Positions 37,250-51,770 of a stretch of DNA of 64,000 bases are shown one piece after another. A program made the translations under genes and the position numbers. The stretch lies in the NCBI GenBank assembly GCA_963575745.1, contig CAUYUJ010000250.1, positions 1 through 64,000 of the forward strand, read 5' to 3'. The stretch comes from Prorocentrum cordatum. Taxonomy: Eukaryota. The notes below the pieces were generated by a model that saw only the letters and a program-made list of their open reading frames with translations, had not been told where the DNA came from and ran no database searches. The first letter of the stretch is position 1, and each line of letters starts with the position of its first letter.

Positions 37250-40200
37250 CATCCATTCGTCCACCCGTTCGCCCCTCCACTCGTCCCCTCATTTCGTCGG
37301 CCAATATGGGCTGAAGTCTCCCTGGCTGGGCGGGCCAACGCACGTGACCCCCAAAAGGGCCCACGCGTCCTCCTTCCACCTGGACATGTTTACCAGGGTG
37401 GGAACATCGGCATCGACACTAAAAAAGTCAACCAAAGCTTCTCTCGTAGAAAGCGGGATCTCCCCCCGAGGCCCACCTTGACCACGTTCAATTCCATTTG
37501 TTTGGGGTCCAATAGGGGCCCCCGTAGCCAGGCAAGTCTTTGGATGAAACGCAGCCAACCCAGCGTTGAGAGCAACGCATGACGTAGATAAGTCTGCCAT
37601 GTCGGAGTAAATCACTCCGACTTTCTTCTTCGGACCTGGCATGCTCTACGGCACAGCAATGAACCCGATGATCCTCGACGCGGCCCACTCTTATTGCATG
37701 ACCACTGTCGTAATAATACAGGACGACGGCGTTCTCACTGACTCCTTCAGGCAAACACGAGGACGCACACTCCCAACCACGATTCGCAAGGAAATATTCA
37801 TCCTTGACCATCTCTTCAGGGTCGCTACTATCGTGACTCGACGCCCAAGTAGTCGACAGCCACCTCGGCCCTCCATCGAAAGACATGTTCTACGGCAAGG
37901 AGCACGGGTCACGCCGCACCCACCAACAATAGCCGCTAATTTATCACGCAAAACCTCGAAGCCCAGAGCTGCTACATAATACGAGGTCTTCTTCGGCATT
38001 GGAACGGGCAGCTCCAGAGCTGTCGGATTATTTCCTCACCCTGCCGATCTGCATCTCGCTTGCTCAATCGATGATCGCGTCCGAGACATCTGCCGACGTC
38101 CGCCAGGCATCCACGTCAATCCACTCTGATAGGTTCCCCGAAAGAGAAAGCAGGACGCCCCATCCAGTTGGCAAGGGCTTTGCGGGACCAGACATCCTGA
38201 AGCCGTCGACCCAAGTAACCAGAAACGCTTGTCGTTCTGGATGCATAGAGCAACTTCCCCAACAAGAAATGGCGACGCGACCCTTAAACTCAACGCGCCC
38301 CTCGCAGCGCCGCCCCAAGAAGCACCCAGCGCCAGGGTGGCCACATGCCACCTGCCCTTTCAACTCACAGACCAGGCCCCCGTAGGGAGACAAACCCATG
38401 AAGGTGCACCGCCCAGCGTGGACCAGGCGCAAGCCTGCCCCGCTTCGGCTCGCTGACCGCCGCGCCCAAGAAACAGCCATCAGCGTCGGCGGCCATGCTC
38501 GCCTGCGTCGCGGCAGGACTCCCGGCGCGAGGCCGCCTGACCACCATGGCCTTCACGTCAGTTAAGACGACTTTTCTTTTGAATAGAGGGCACCCCCCAA
38601 GTGTGAATCGCAGAAAACCTAAACATGTGGAAAGATTATGACTCATATTTTATCGCCGTCTAGTCCCAGGTTCCAATATCCCTGAGCCGAGCCCCTTCCA
38701 TTTCGTGGGCGGCAGAAGCCTCGTCGCCCCTGGTCGCCTCGGCTTCGCTGATCGATCTGGCGACTGCGGCCTCCGCTCGAAGGCCGGCAGCCCATTCGCT
38801 GGGAAGCGAGGAAGGCTCAGGACACTCGCCAAGACAACACAAACGTGGACGACGGCAAAGCCCCAGCCCGCCCCCGAAGGCTCGTTCACGATGGCCTCCG
38901 CCAGGAGCCCCAGACTGCCGCGGCACGAGGCACCATTCAGACAGACGCCGCGGCGGACCACGCCCTGGTCAGGCGCTCTAACCCCGCGCCACACTCTCGC
39001 ATCTCTTCACGGGAACCGCGCTGCGGCGGCCTCTGTTGGTCTCGCCGACATCCCCACGACCTCCGATCACTTCAGTAGTGAGTGAGAAACAGTCGTCTTC
39101 TTCCGCCTTAGTTTCAGACAAAGAACTCGGCGCGTCGGCAGGGCCGACGCAACCGGAAATCGCCCCTGGCCCCATTGACCCCCTAGGAGGCATGACGCCA
39201 ACTTCCCTCGGCAACTCGCCCCCAGGTCCAGGGTCAACCAACGCGAAGAAACCGATTCGTCTGTTCCTGCACTATTCGATCCTTCGGCGACGCCTGGGCT
39301 CGCCCACCTTCCGCCAACGCATTTAACGCGCGCCGGGGTTGTCAGATCCTGGCGTCTTCTTGAGCCGGGCCATTCCGTGTTCAGAACCGCCAACCCATAC
39401 TTCGCTGTCTCTCATATCCAGGGCGCGGTCAAAAACGGCGCGCGAGTAGCACGACCTCTGCCGCGCTGGCAGCGCCATTTGCTTTGTGGCTTCGTCCATC
39501 GGTTGCCCCATCATGACTCAATTCTTGTCGCGATGCTTAGCCGTGCCCAAGCGCTGCGCGGTTCTGGCCAGGACCTGCTCGGGTCTGAGACGGCCCCTTT
39601 TCCAAAACAATGGCACAATTCTGTATTCCCGCCATTGCCACTACTGCAGCGGCAATCTTCCGCGGGGAAGACGCCACCCCATCGCCCTCAACGGGTTTTC
39701 AGGCACTGGTGGCGGCGGAGAGCCCGACGACCCATCGGCATCAGACGGGCCCCCTCGGCCCCGCCAGCCCCGTCGCCGGCCCCGCGCCGCCGCCGCGCGC
39801 CACCCGCCCGCCCGCCCACCCTCGTCGCCATCAGGCAATTCGGGAGGAAGAACACCGGCATCAGCTGAAGCATTCCCGACATACCCACGACATTGGCCGC
39901 GACCTGAATCAGGCGACTCCATCTCAGTTCGAAGTTCCTCATGCGCACTCAACAACGGAAATTCAACAGAAGAGCCCCGCCCCCAGCAGAAGGATTCATT
40001 ACGTTATACCACGCCTGGCCCGATTTCTCGACCACGGGCCGTTCCCCGTGCACCATCAGATGGGTTTCATACTCACGTCCGCTAGATGCACCGCGCGGCC
40101 GCCGGGCCCCGCCCCACCCCCCCGCGCGGCGCACGCGACCGAGATATCCCCACAAGCACGCGGGGATATCAAGGCAGCTCGGCCATTGCCCCCGCGGCGG

Positions 40201-42900
40201 GAAGGCTGGAAACGAAGGGCCCGAACGGGGTCAATAGTTGATCGAACTCCCCGCCGACCCCGAGTTCCCGGCGGCGAATATTCTGAGCCCTTCTCGACGC
40301 GATACACAAAACAGATATACCTCGCCGCGGAAATTCAACACTGGGAAGGGAAGCCCGCGGCCAGTCGCAACCCCTGGCCCGCCACCTGCACATACCCCCT
40401 GGCTCTCTTAGCCACAGAGTTACGTTTCCTACTTCCTGGAACGACTGCGTCGCGAGCGACCCTCATTTTCTGGCATGCACGCGACGGGCCAGACCCACCG
40501 TCTGGACACAGATAAACAGCCCCTGTCTGCTCCCGGCGGCGCGGCGTTCGACGCCGAGGCGGCAGCCGCGTTTCGCGGGCGGCGGAGATTAATCATCGCA
40601 TTCACGGGGCCGTCCACTCTCGGGACCACGCACGACTCGCGACTCTCTCTCGTCGAATTCGCGAGACGCCAGCATCTGTTCGGCGGGCAGCTCGCCGGTT
40701 GCGCAGCTCTGCGTCAACCCGAGCGGGGGCCCTCCAGCCTCGCCGAGGCCCGCTGGTTGGCCCTCTATTCCTCGCGCCTCTCGCGCCTTCTCAAATGACC
40801 TCCTCGTCGCAGCGCGCGGCCCCTGGTCCAGACTTGCGACTGGCATCCAACATCGGGCCCCCTGACATCTCGCCTCGCCCCCCACTGCTAGAAAGGTTTT
40901 CTTCAGCGCCTGAACTCGGGCGCCACGGCCAGACTCATTCTGTCGCTCCAAGTCCGGGGCCCTGCGCCCCAAGTCAGACTGTCTGCGCCCCCCATCGCCC
41001 CTCGCCTTTCTGCGACGGAACTCTTCTTCCGCGCGAGCCCCCTTCGGCGCCGTCCGCCTCGATCGACCTGTTCGCCAACGCATCGCGCGCATGTGCAAGT
41101 TCCCGCGCCATCATGGCCCGCGCGACAAAGTGCAACGCGCAGCGCGGCCTGCGCGCTGGCTCCTGGCACACACGCAGCAACTCGCCCATTGGCCTTGCAC
41201 CGCGCCGGCTGCGCCCCCCCCGCCAGTCGACGCAGCCCGAGCGCCCGCCCGCCGCGCATTGGCAGCCGCTGCCGAGGCCTGCCTCTCGAAGTCGGCGTTC
41301 CCGGCCCAGGGCGGCTGAGATCCAAGAGCGGCGATCGCCCCATGCTCTGCACATGCTTTTTCTTCTGGATCGAAGCGCGCGCGGCAAAAAGCTCGCGTTG
41401 CTGAACCCCGAGCACGCGCTCCGCTCTGAGGTTCGTCTCTCTCGTTTCCCTGGCCCTGGCCTCTGTGCATTGCCGCCTCGGCGACGCAAGCAGCTTCTTC
41501 ACCTTCCTTCGGTCGATAGGCTACCGCATCATTCTGGGCATCCCTCCGGCGACGCTCGACATCCACTCGGGCTTCCATCTCTGGCGCCGCTGCAGCTCTG
41601 GCTCTGGTTTCAGACGCCTTCAACTCGGCCCTGGGCGCGTTTTCTGCGGCCATCTCATTCTGGTTCGACTGCATCCGGCGAGTCTGCCCTTCGGACTGCT
41701 CTTGTCGCTGGGCCAGCCAGCGCTCGGCCACTCGCTGCTGGGCGGCGCCCCACGCGGCCTGCCCCACGGCGATGCCGCTGTGCCCCGTTGGCCCAAACTG
41801 TTCGCATACAACTTGATGCTGCACTGCTCGCATGCCCCCCGAGCCTGATTTCCCGACCTCCCAGGACATCGACTCTCGCGAATTCGGCGCACGGGCCTAT
41901 TGAATTCAAGCATCTTTCTTCGAGGGACATCCAGCTCCCGAAAGATGAGATGGACCTTGCGGTCGACTCTGTCTTCCTGGCTCTTTCCCTCACGAGAATA
42001 TACCTGTGACCCCATCCATCTCGATTCCTTCACAGAGCTCTGAGCTGAGGAACGCGGGGTGCCCCTCCCCACTTCCGGAGAATTCTCTTGTGTTGAGGGC
42101 AAGTGAGCCCTCGCAGCACGGGAATCGCTTGCTTCCTCCGGCCTTCCCCGGCGAACAGCATTGGTAGGTGGCAGCATGGACTGGCGGCAATGCCACCGTG
42201 ACACACGCCCGTCGGAGGGATCCGCTGAAAACATCTTCTCTTTCCAGAAAGATGCCGTCAGGTTTCGACATGTTTGTCGGAACCGGTCGATGCCCCTTCG
42301 TTCCTGCGAGGGAGTCAGGTCCGAGCTCACATTCTCTCATTCGTCTCGATTGAAAGAAGCTCGACCGAGCTTGCTTCTCCCACAGCGACATCTGGGATAT
42401 CATCATCACCCTTGGGAGCACTTAAAGCAAGGCGCTCTCGGCCGTTTTGGGACTCATTCCGTGCCGATTCTGAATTGTCTCCAGCGACTCGGGCGCATGA
42501 TCAGGTCCGGCGCCAAAAGCACCGTGATCTGTCATCTCACATTCTGGTCCGTCAGATTCAACTTCAACGACTCCCACGTATTCGTCCTCCGTCTCAACGT
42601 AACGGTTTGCTGTAGGTCGGTACCATACGAAGCAACCTGGGGGGGCAACCACCCCTTTCCTCTAGGGGTTGGGCCTTGATCTTCTTACTGGGGATCAACA
42701 TGTTATGCAATATCTGAGCTCGCCCCTCCACTTGAGGGCCTTGTTTGACTAGGTCTTCAGGCGTTTCGTCCTGTATTGCAGAATCACAACATTGATTTTG
42801 ACGTCTCTCGTTGAAGCTCCTTTGGTGAGTGACAAGGTCCACCACTTCAGGATTCGTATATGTCAAACTTCTGGATGGCAACCATTGCTTCGTCGATTAA
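37250..42900 (-). mobile_element. second, heavily decayed Copia retrotransposon (different family)
   Basis: RT motifs: ARLRDIGTWD (~38670), FKRKVV, GSPAATQAS, ACGHPGAG (LYGHPDAG-like), FLVTWVDGFRMSGP (YVDD). RNase H relic GVIYSDMADL (~37600). Possible integrase zinc-finger relic FPRRGISVLCIASRRA (~40300). No LTRs identified and both boundaries are uncertain. Confidence 0.7.
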
Positions 42901-44479
42901 TCGACATTCCCTGACGATTGACCTCATTCGTTGCTCTCATCTCCTAACTCCGGGGGTCCCTTCTCACGGAGCTTATACATGAATGGTTCGTAGAGTATGT
43001 GCGACATGGCAGAAATAGTATGGTAAGTAGAAATAAGGTTATGGGTGGCGATGCACAACGCTCATGCACTAAAACGGCGACGACGGGGCGAAGGTAACGA
43101 CTCCTGCTACGGGAGGGCGAGTTTGAGGCTGGGAGGGGATTGGGTAGCACAGGCGGGGGTCCCCCCACCGGTCGTCTCATTGGTCGCTGTCGGCGGCACC
43201 CGTCGCGAACGGTGACCCCACCCGGATCAGCATTCAGCTTCGCAGAAAGAGCCCCTACACGAGGCTCCAAACAGAACCTTCACGAGGCAACCAAACAAAC
43301 CCATACCGCCTTACTCCTTCCTCCTCCCTCCTCCCTCCCTCTTTTCCTCATCCATCCACCCTCCCTCTCCTCCTCATCCTCCAGCTTCGTCTTGATCCTC
43401 GTTCCCCGTCTTCATCATCATATCACCATCACCAACATCATCATCAGCAGCATCATCAGCATCATCATGAAATATTTGGTGTGACAATCATCATCACCCT
43501 CGTCGTCATCACCATCAAATCATCAGAATATTCATTACCAGTTGTATCATCATCGTCAGCATCACCAGCATCATCAGCAGCATCATCATCAGCAGCATCA
43601 TCATCAGCAGAAGCATCATCATCCTAAGCATCATCATCAACATCGTGATCAGTTTCACCCGAACAATAATCACCGCAACAGCACCATCAGCCTAACCATT
43701 ATCCTCCTCCTCCTCCTCCTCCTCCTACTCCTCCTCCTCCTCCTCCCCCTCCTCTTCCTCCTCCTCATCATCAGCAGCATCAGCATCGTCATCGTTACCG
43801 TTTCCATTACCATCATCATTTTCACAACAAGCGCATTCCCGGTTGAGCTAGAGTGCAAACAGCGCAGCAGGAGCTTGACTTCCTCGTACTGCCCCCGGCC
43901 CCTGGCGGAGGGTGAAAAGGCGCCGATGGCGGAGGAAGATGAGTCGAAGGGGAGGCCCTGCTACTCATGTTCCTCCGCCCCCTTTTCCATCTGGAAGGGG
44001 TAAATTTGCTTTACACCACATAAGTACACCCAAACAGCTGATGACTTTGAGTTTTCGCATGCACTCCACGCTTGCCGTTCCCTTCTCTCTCCATTATTCC
44101 ATATCCTTCTCTCTGTTGGATATATTTCATCTACATGTAGTCTCTGTTTACTTCGTACGCCCTCACATATTGCTACGTACTCTATTGTCCCAGGCCTATG
44201 TTCAACGATATTCGCATACGCAGATGTATATGTATACAAAACCGCACTGGCGTTTCGCGCCATGCACCTTGGTCTCAGAGGTCTGGTATGCAGGCGGAAC
44301 GGCAGGAAGTTCGAGCCGACAATATAACGATTGTTTATTGTTGCTGTTTTCGGGCATCGCCGTCATAATAATGTTATTCGTGATCCTTCCTCCGTTTTGT
44401 TCCCTCATTCTCGCCATACCCTTCGTGTTCTCCCCATCATCCTCTGCTCTTCTTGCGGAGGCTCTTCCTTGGAGAGCCT

Positions 44480-45654
44480 CTGGGGGCCTCACAAAGTTTG
44501 TCGGGATTTCGTAAGGCCTTCTGGAAGCCTCCTGGGCGTCTTCTGGGTGCCTCTGGGGGGGTCCTCGGGCCACCCTGCCTCCAACCGCGGTTTCCCTGAA
44601 CGACCAGGTCACGATCTGGAATGCTGCGCAGAGCGTCTAGGGGCCATTTTGGGCCGTCATGGGGCTCTCTTAGGCCATCTTGGTACCGGGCTGTGCCGTT
44701 TTGGGGCTCTCTTGGACTGCCCAGAAACCTTTTTCCGGATGGTTATCAGGCTATTTTCGAACCTCCTGATGGCTTCGGACGACCAGAAGACCACCGTCTT
44801 GGAGAGTCGGGAAGCCGAAAATAGGAGAATGCCAAAGCTCACCAAAAACCAACAGAAATCCATAATTCTGCCGCCTGGGACCTTTTGGGGAATGCTCTTG
44901 GAAGCCTTTGGAACGTTTTGGAGCGATCTTTGGGGGGTATGACCGATTATTTGGGGTCGTCGTGGACCGTCTTGAGGCTCTCTGGGGTCGTTTCGGGGGC
45001 GCGCCGGAACGCCTGGAGCCCTCTGGGGCCGTCTTCGGGTTCTCGCGGGGTTCTCCCAGGTCGTCTGGAGGGTTGCCCGAGAGGCCCGGGGTGGGCCAAA
45101 TTCGTTTTTTGGGGGGGAGGGGGGGAAGGGGGGGGGGGGGGGCGTTTTTCCCGGGGGGGCCCAGCACTATAAAATATACGAATCGGATTATGTGTATGTA
45201 AAACGTGTGTGTATATATAGAGATATACAACACTGCATTGGCGCTTCGCGCAATGCGCTCTGTTCCGAGCGCGCCCCCGGCAAAACAATAAATCATCGTT
45301 TGCTTCAGCAGGGGGGGCCTCGAGGCCTGGACGGGCGATCGGCTCATTTTTCTGATATCCCTGGTGCTTGCTGACACCGCGCTCGCCCGATGCGCTTGCA
45401 CGCATGTGCGCAGGAGTGGGGAATGAATGATGCTTTTTCTCGCGCGAAGGTGCTGGCAGACGACGAAGCATCAAACTGTTGCGATGGTAGAACAGGGAAC
45501 GGGAAGGGAGCAGGGATGGGGGGGGAATGAAGAGGCGGAAGGCGGGAGGAGGGGGGAGAAACGGGGAAAAGGTTCAGAGGAAGGCGCGGGCGAATGAGGA
45601 TGGCCATGGGATGCCACGAACATGGAGGTCGACGAAAAGTCACAGAGGGGAAGG

Positions 45655-45690
<36 letters not shown>

Positions 45691-46430
45691 CAGACAGACG
45701 GACAGACAGAGACAGAGACAACGAGCGCACGGATATTGCCGTCTGGGCGTTTGGGGGGCTCTTTTAGGCCGTCCTTGGGCCCTCCTGGGTCGTCCTGGGG
45801 CCTTCTTAGGCCGTCTTGGGGAGCTGTGGCCCTCCAGAGGTCTGCTGAAACCATTTAGGGCCCTCTTGGGGGCCTCCATTCCATGGCTTTCGTGTGTCTC
45901 TCTTGGGGGCCTTCTGGGGGCATCTTGGGCTTCTTCTGGGCAGTCTCGGGGCTCTCTGGGGCAATCTTGGGGCCCTCTCGGGCCGTCTTCAAACCCTCTG
46001 GGGGGCCTTTTGGGCCGTCTTGGGGCAATATCGGGGGCCCATCGGGTCGTCTTGGACGCTGCGACGACCAAAAAAGTGGAGATGCTAAAGTTGCACATTT
46101 TCCGAAGGGAATGCGGCGATTGTTGCTTTTTCGGGGCTCTCTTAACGGCCTGTTGGGGCGTCTCGGGGGCCTCGTGAGCCGTCTTCGGACCATCGAGGTT
46201 CCTCTTGGAGCGCTCTTGTGCTGTCTTGGGTCTCTCTTGCGCAACTCCGATGACCGTTCTGATCGTTTTGAATATGCTCGCAAGGCCCGGCAAGGCGCCC
46301 TGGGAGGCCAGGAAGGGCCAGCGGACCTTTTCCAAGGGCGTCCCGGGGACCGCCGAGACGTCCGAAAGGGTGTCCGGGGCATCCTTGGGGGGGGTGTTTA
46401 GGGGGGGGTGGAGGGGGGGTCCGGGTAACA
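44480..46430 (+). repeat. two related ~650-bp blocks of degenerate ggccgtcttggg repeats (44480-45150, 45740-46430)
   Basis: Recurrent gggcc.tcttggg motifs, similar internal layout, and G-run ends in both blocks. Confidence 0.55.
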
Positions 46431-46626
46431 AAGTATATGAATAGGAATATATATATATACACACATGCATACATACATACATACATACATACATACATAC
46501 ATACATACCTACATACATACATACATACATACATATTCAGTATGCGCGTGTGTGTGTTTTTTCTCTCTCTCTCTCTCTCTCCCTCAAGCTCTCCTCTCTC
46601 TCTCTGTATATATCTCTCTCTATGTC

Positions 46627-46693
<67 letters not shown>

Positions 46694-47891
46694 CACTATC
46701 CATGTACATATCTCTTCTTCTCTGTGTCTACACCCAACTGCACACTATGCCCTCTGAATTTGTACTCTCTACATGTACTGCATCCATTGTCCACTCTTGT
46801 ATCGAACAGTGGTCGCACATTCTACATGATCTCAACCTCTCTCTCTCTATCGCTCTCTCCGATCCCTCTGGTCAACTCTGCTTGGAACTCTCTGGCCACG
46901 GTATTCTTGACGATCAAAATCCCAGGCGCTTGGCCACAACGAAGATCTCCACAACCCCAGAATCTTACCCTGTCAGAAGCCCAGCCGTGGGAACCGAAAG
47001 CTAGAAACCTACCAAACCTCACACTGCGGGGGACCCCAGAAACGGGAACCGGAACCCAGCCAACATCACACTGCCGGAAAGCCTGGAATCAGGAACACGG
47101 GAATTCCGACCGCACACTGCCAGGAAATCCGGAACAAAGAACAGGGCACCAGGGACGCAGCTGCCCACCGAAATCGGCCCAGAACGGAACCGAGAACCTG
47201 GGAACCCAGCCGCCTACCGAAATCGGCATGGGACTTCCGCCAAGTCTTTTAGAATCCGCGGGGATCCATTCAGTGGAAACACTGATTGGGGAATTAACAT
47301 TAACTGCCGAAAGTCCGCGCGGAGTTCTTGGATCCGCGCTGGACCGCCTCCGGCGCCGCAACTGCCTCGCTCCACGCACCAGGGAGGGGGGCCCCACGCC
47401 GACACTGGATCGCTCCACGCACCATTCAGTAGAGCAGCGATCCCCATGGCAAAAGGGTAGAAGGGAGGAGGAGGAGTAGGAGGAGGATGATGATGAGACG
47501 CCGCCTCAGAGTCCTGAGAAACATTATTTTATTTCCAAGACGATTGGCGCCTCCTTGACAGGCAAGCGCTCAACTCCTGCGTGAGCCCCACTTTGCAGAA
47601 AGGCTCCGTCCTCCAGCTGGGCAGCTATGGCCGCTGCACAGGTCGACCGGGGACCATTGCACTCACGAAAATCGTGCTCTGCACGCTGGAAGCTTCGAAC
47701 TGCTGCGGGCTGCAGCCGCCTTGGTCTGCATGGCTGCCGCCCACGCCGCGGCGGCGCCGCGGCCATGCGACGGAGGCCCTCAAAGGGGGCGCCGACGGGG
47801 GCACGCCGCAGGGCGACCGAGCGCGGCGGCCGTCGCCTGGAGCCCGCCGCCGCCACCGCCGCCGCCGTCTTCGTCGTCGTCGTGGATGCCG

Positions 47892-47927
<36 letters not shown>

Positions 47928-49615
47928 GCCTCCGGCGGCTGCACCCAGGCGCCGGCACCGCCAGCGCCGTCGCTGCAGCTTGACACTGGAAAACATGCTT
48001 GTGATGTTTCGAACGATCTGGGAAGCTCTGCGATTGCATCCTGACCAGTTCCTGGAGTCGCACTTTCGAAAACCCCACGAGGTCCCAGGCGATACCCAGG
48101 TTGACGGCTTACCGCCGGTTCCAGTCACTATTACGAGCTTTGTGTTTGGATGTGTACATTGTCACATATTGTTTTGGCGTCTGCTGTTTGTTTCAATGTT
48201 TGCTGTTGAGGGGCGTGGCTAGACTTGTGTTCTCTCAAAAGGTGTCGATGGTGTCTGGGGGATGGTCATGTGTGCCATGTTGTGTATGACGTGTTGTGCC
48301 ACATGTGTAACGTTTGTGTATACAATGTGTTGTTGTATGTGTTGTTAGTGTTGCTGGTTTTATTGTTGTTGCTGGTTGGCTGGAGTTGCCTTGACATTGC
48401 TTTGCCTGCCAGATATTATATTTGATTTCGGTGCGGGGGGTGGGGCACCGACCGCACAGGACCACCGACCGCTGTGGGTGCCGCGGGGTGCGTGCACGGT
48501 CGGACCCCTGGGCGCTGACCGCGACAAGCAGGTGCGCACACCCAAATTGATCCGACGTCGCTATCGACGCGGCGCTGATCATCCTGAGTGCTACAACTGA
48601 TGGAAAGAATCAGCCTCCTTCTCCTCCACCTCATAAAAAATCCCCTGCCCTGCATTCTTCCCCCCCCTACACAAAAACATCCATCCGTCCACCCCCCCCT
48701 CCCTCCCTCCTTCAGCTGTCGATCCCTCTCCCCCACCTTTCCTCCTTGTTTTCTCCACCAGTGTTCCTCCCTCACACATCCCCCTGCCCCCCAACCCCCC
48801 TCTGCCCCACTTGCCCCCCCCCCGTCGACACACGGGCAATTCCATGGCCGGCGGGGCGAGTCCGCCCGGCCCCACCCCGGTCCTCTGGGGCGTCTCGTGG
48901 AACGACATGTGCGAGTGCCACTGGGCGGGCGGGGGCGGGCGGGGCGGAGAAACATGCGAGGAGGAGGGGGAGGAGGAGGAGGAGGAGGAGGAGGAGGAGG
49001 AGGACGGGGAGGAGGGAGGAGGAGGAGGAGGAGGGGGAGGAGGAGCCAGGAGGAGGAAGGAGGAGGGAGGAAGGAGGATGAGAAGGAGGAGATACGGTCG
49101 GACGAGAGGGAGAGACATAGGAGAAGGAGGAGGAGGAGGAGGAGGATTCTCCCTCTCGCGCGCAAGCGAGCTGTCCCCGAGCGGCGCTGTGGCACGCGCG
49201 CGCGGCGAGGCCAAAAAGGGGCAGGCCCTCCCCGCGCGCCCACGCAAGCGGCGCCGCACTGAGGCGGCCATCTCCACGTGATCGGCGAAGGAGTGGGAAG
49301 TGAGCCGAGAAGCTGCAGAGACAGCTGCGGAGAATACAGGACAGCACTCTCTCGCTCCAGCGCAAGCCAGCTGTCTCCGAGCGGCGTCGCGGCGCACGCG
49401 CCCGCGGAGCAGCCAAAAATGGGCAGGCACTCCCCGCGCGCCCAGACCAGCGGCGCCGCGTTCGGGTGGCGTGCTCCGCCTGGCCGCCAAGGAAGCGAAG
49501 CAGCCATACCCATGCCCAAAGCCCTTGCGGAGTGTGCAGGTGTGGGCGGGCGGCCACGAGACCAACGGACCACGCAGAATGTCCGACGTCGAGGACAGCA
49601 CTGACAAGGCGGTCG

Positions 49616-49649
<34 letters not shown>

Positions 49650-49659
49650 AATATATGTC

Positions 49660-50830
49660 ACTTCAGCCTCAGAAAGCTCGGGAAGCGCAGCGAGAGCTGT
49701 GAATGCGGCGGCCACATGGAGGCAGCGCTCGGCACTGGACGCCCGACGCCAGCGACCAGGCCAGAAGACGCGCGGGACGTCTTCGGTGGCGATGTAAAAT
49801 CCGTCGCGTCGGAGCCTCGCCTAAGAGGCGGTCGCCAAGTTCGGGCCCGAAGAAGCTCTGGCGCATGGGACGCGCAGCGCCAAAAGCAAATGGACCCACC
49901 GAGTACGGAAGCCGCTCTGACCGAAGGGCGCGAGCGGATCGGCGGGACCCAGACTCCCGATCCGAGCAACGAGCGCGATGAGTCGGGGAGGACCGCCGAG
50001 GTCTTCGGCGACAGGATCGAGAGGGAAGCTTTCCCGGGCAATTCGAAGCGGTCTGTGGGGAGCAGCGAGTCACGACGCCTCGCCGCCAGCAGCTCGCCAG
50101 GACGCAGGAACATCACGAACCCCATCAGCAGCAGGTCTGCCATGCGGGGCCAGTCCCAAGCGAAACAGATACCTACCACAGCGCAAGAGAGCGCGCGGCA
50201 CAGGAGGACAGAGCGTTGGAGGCTCAGCCAGCTTCTTCCGTTCGGCCACGTCTCAAGCTTCGGAGAGGAAAGCCTTTCAGCTCGAATGGGCGATCTGGAT
50301 GCCCAGAATGGCATGCACCGGGACATAGCGAGGAAACCCTGCATCGTGGAGCCAGACGTCGAAGGTGGCAAGAAACCGCGCGATTGGGAGCTGGCCTCAA
50401 GTCCGCAAGGATGCGGGATGTCGACGAAGTGGTCGAAGGCAGAAACCAGGTCGTGAGGAGAGCCCCACTTTCCCCACAGTTCCCGCGGCAGGGGCGGGTC
50501 TTCGTCCTTGACGTCCCAGAAGAGGCTGGCAGGCAAGCGAAGATGGCGGCGCGCATCATCCGCGAGTCGGCCTGGATGCGAAGCCGACCCTGCGGCGCGG
50601 AACTGGCCAGTCGGCACCTTGACGCAGAAAGGATGCACCCAATCTGGCGCCTCTACAGGGCCATGGCCGCCCGCGCCGAAAAGGCGGCGGTGGTGGTGCA
50701 TCGAGGCCAGCGAGTAGTCATGCTGATCGACGTCGCCAGTCTCGTCGACGCCGTCGGGGGCGAACGCCCTCAGCCACTGGCTGGCGATCTGGAACCCACG
50801 TGCCCAAGCCTCCGCCCAGTGGACCACCGC
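49660..50830 (-). pseudogene. tyrosine recombinase relic of a DIRS/Ngaro-type retroelement
   Basis: LLLMGFVMFLRPGELL (catalytic R box), ILSPKT (K), LRRGSDATDF (HxxRxGxAT relic), GRWRRASSAERCL (GRW..S...Y box with Y replaced by C); frameshifted. Confidence 0.8.
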
Positions 50831-50834
50831 GACG

Positions 50835-51770
50835 GTCTCCCTCGTTGGTGTGCGAGAGGCACTTGGAGCAGCCCAAAACATAGTTCTGGGAGTACCCGTC
50901 GTGCGTCGCGTTGTCACTGTACTGGACACCACTAGCTGTACGATAACCAAGAGTAATCTGCATAGGGATCCAAGTCTGCCAGGTAGCAGGGAGTGCGTGA
51001 ATAATGCGGAAGATCAGGTTCCAGGAGATCGAAAGCAGATGCTCCCAGATGCAACGCGTAGTACACCAGAGAGCCGACAACTTAGAAGACGGGCACTCCA
51101 TTATCTTCTCGCTTCTGCCTGCCTGCGCCATCCCCGGCTTCTGCAACATACTCACCGATAGCTCTGGGCTCTTGGCCAACGTCGGCTCAATCGACTGCCC
51201 GACACCGGCGGCTACACTCACAGGCGGCTGCAATGGAGGCGTTGTGCCCGCTACCTCTTTCCCACCAGAAACATAGGCACAGGTAGCTCGGAACCCTTCG
51301 CCAATGCCGTAGACGTCAGCATTGTACCAATCAATTGCTCGACTTCTGCGGTCACACCGAGCTGCTCGAGCATGGGCGCGCGGTCCCTGGTGTCGAACTC
51401 ATTGTAGTCGAAGGTGTGCGCCTCCCCTGTGACGATGAACGGGCACAGGAGCGCGAATACGGTGAAGACGGCCCTGCGCGCGGAGGGCGCGGCAGGGGGC
51501 ATACGACGGTGATCCTGAAGTCGATGTCCTGCAGGTCCTTGAGCCAGGCGGCAGGGCGGGAGAACCGGCGCCATTGAGGCAGGGCAGCGAGGAGGCACCA
51601 TGGCGACGCGTGGAAGGGAGCCGAAGCTCCGCTACCAGCTAGAAATAAAGGATTCAGAGTGAAAGGCGCACTTTTCAGTACGCGGGAGACCATGCGTCAA
51701 GCGATGTACAAGACGGCCACGGAAGCTTGGCCAGCTTCCGTGTCCCCAGGCAGAAATGGCAGCGGACAGG
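50835..51770 (-). mobile_element. diverged copy of the Copia 5' end (terminal repeat plus hydrophobic ORF), possibly a solo LTR
   Basis: Shares tgtcactgtactggacaccac, QSI(D/E)PT, LSALW, SGASA and LTR-like motifs with 13705-14690; ATG at 51693. Confidence 0.7.
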
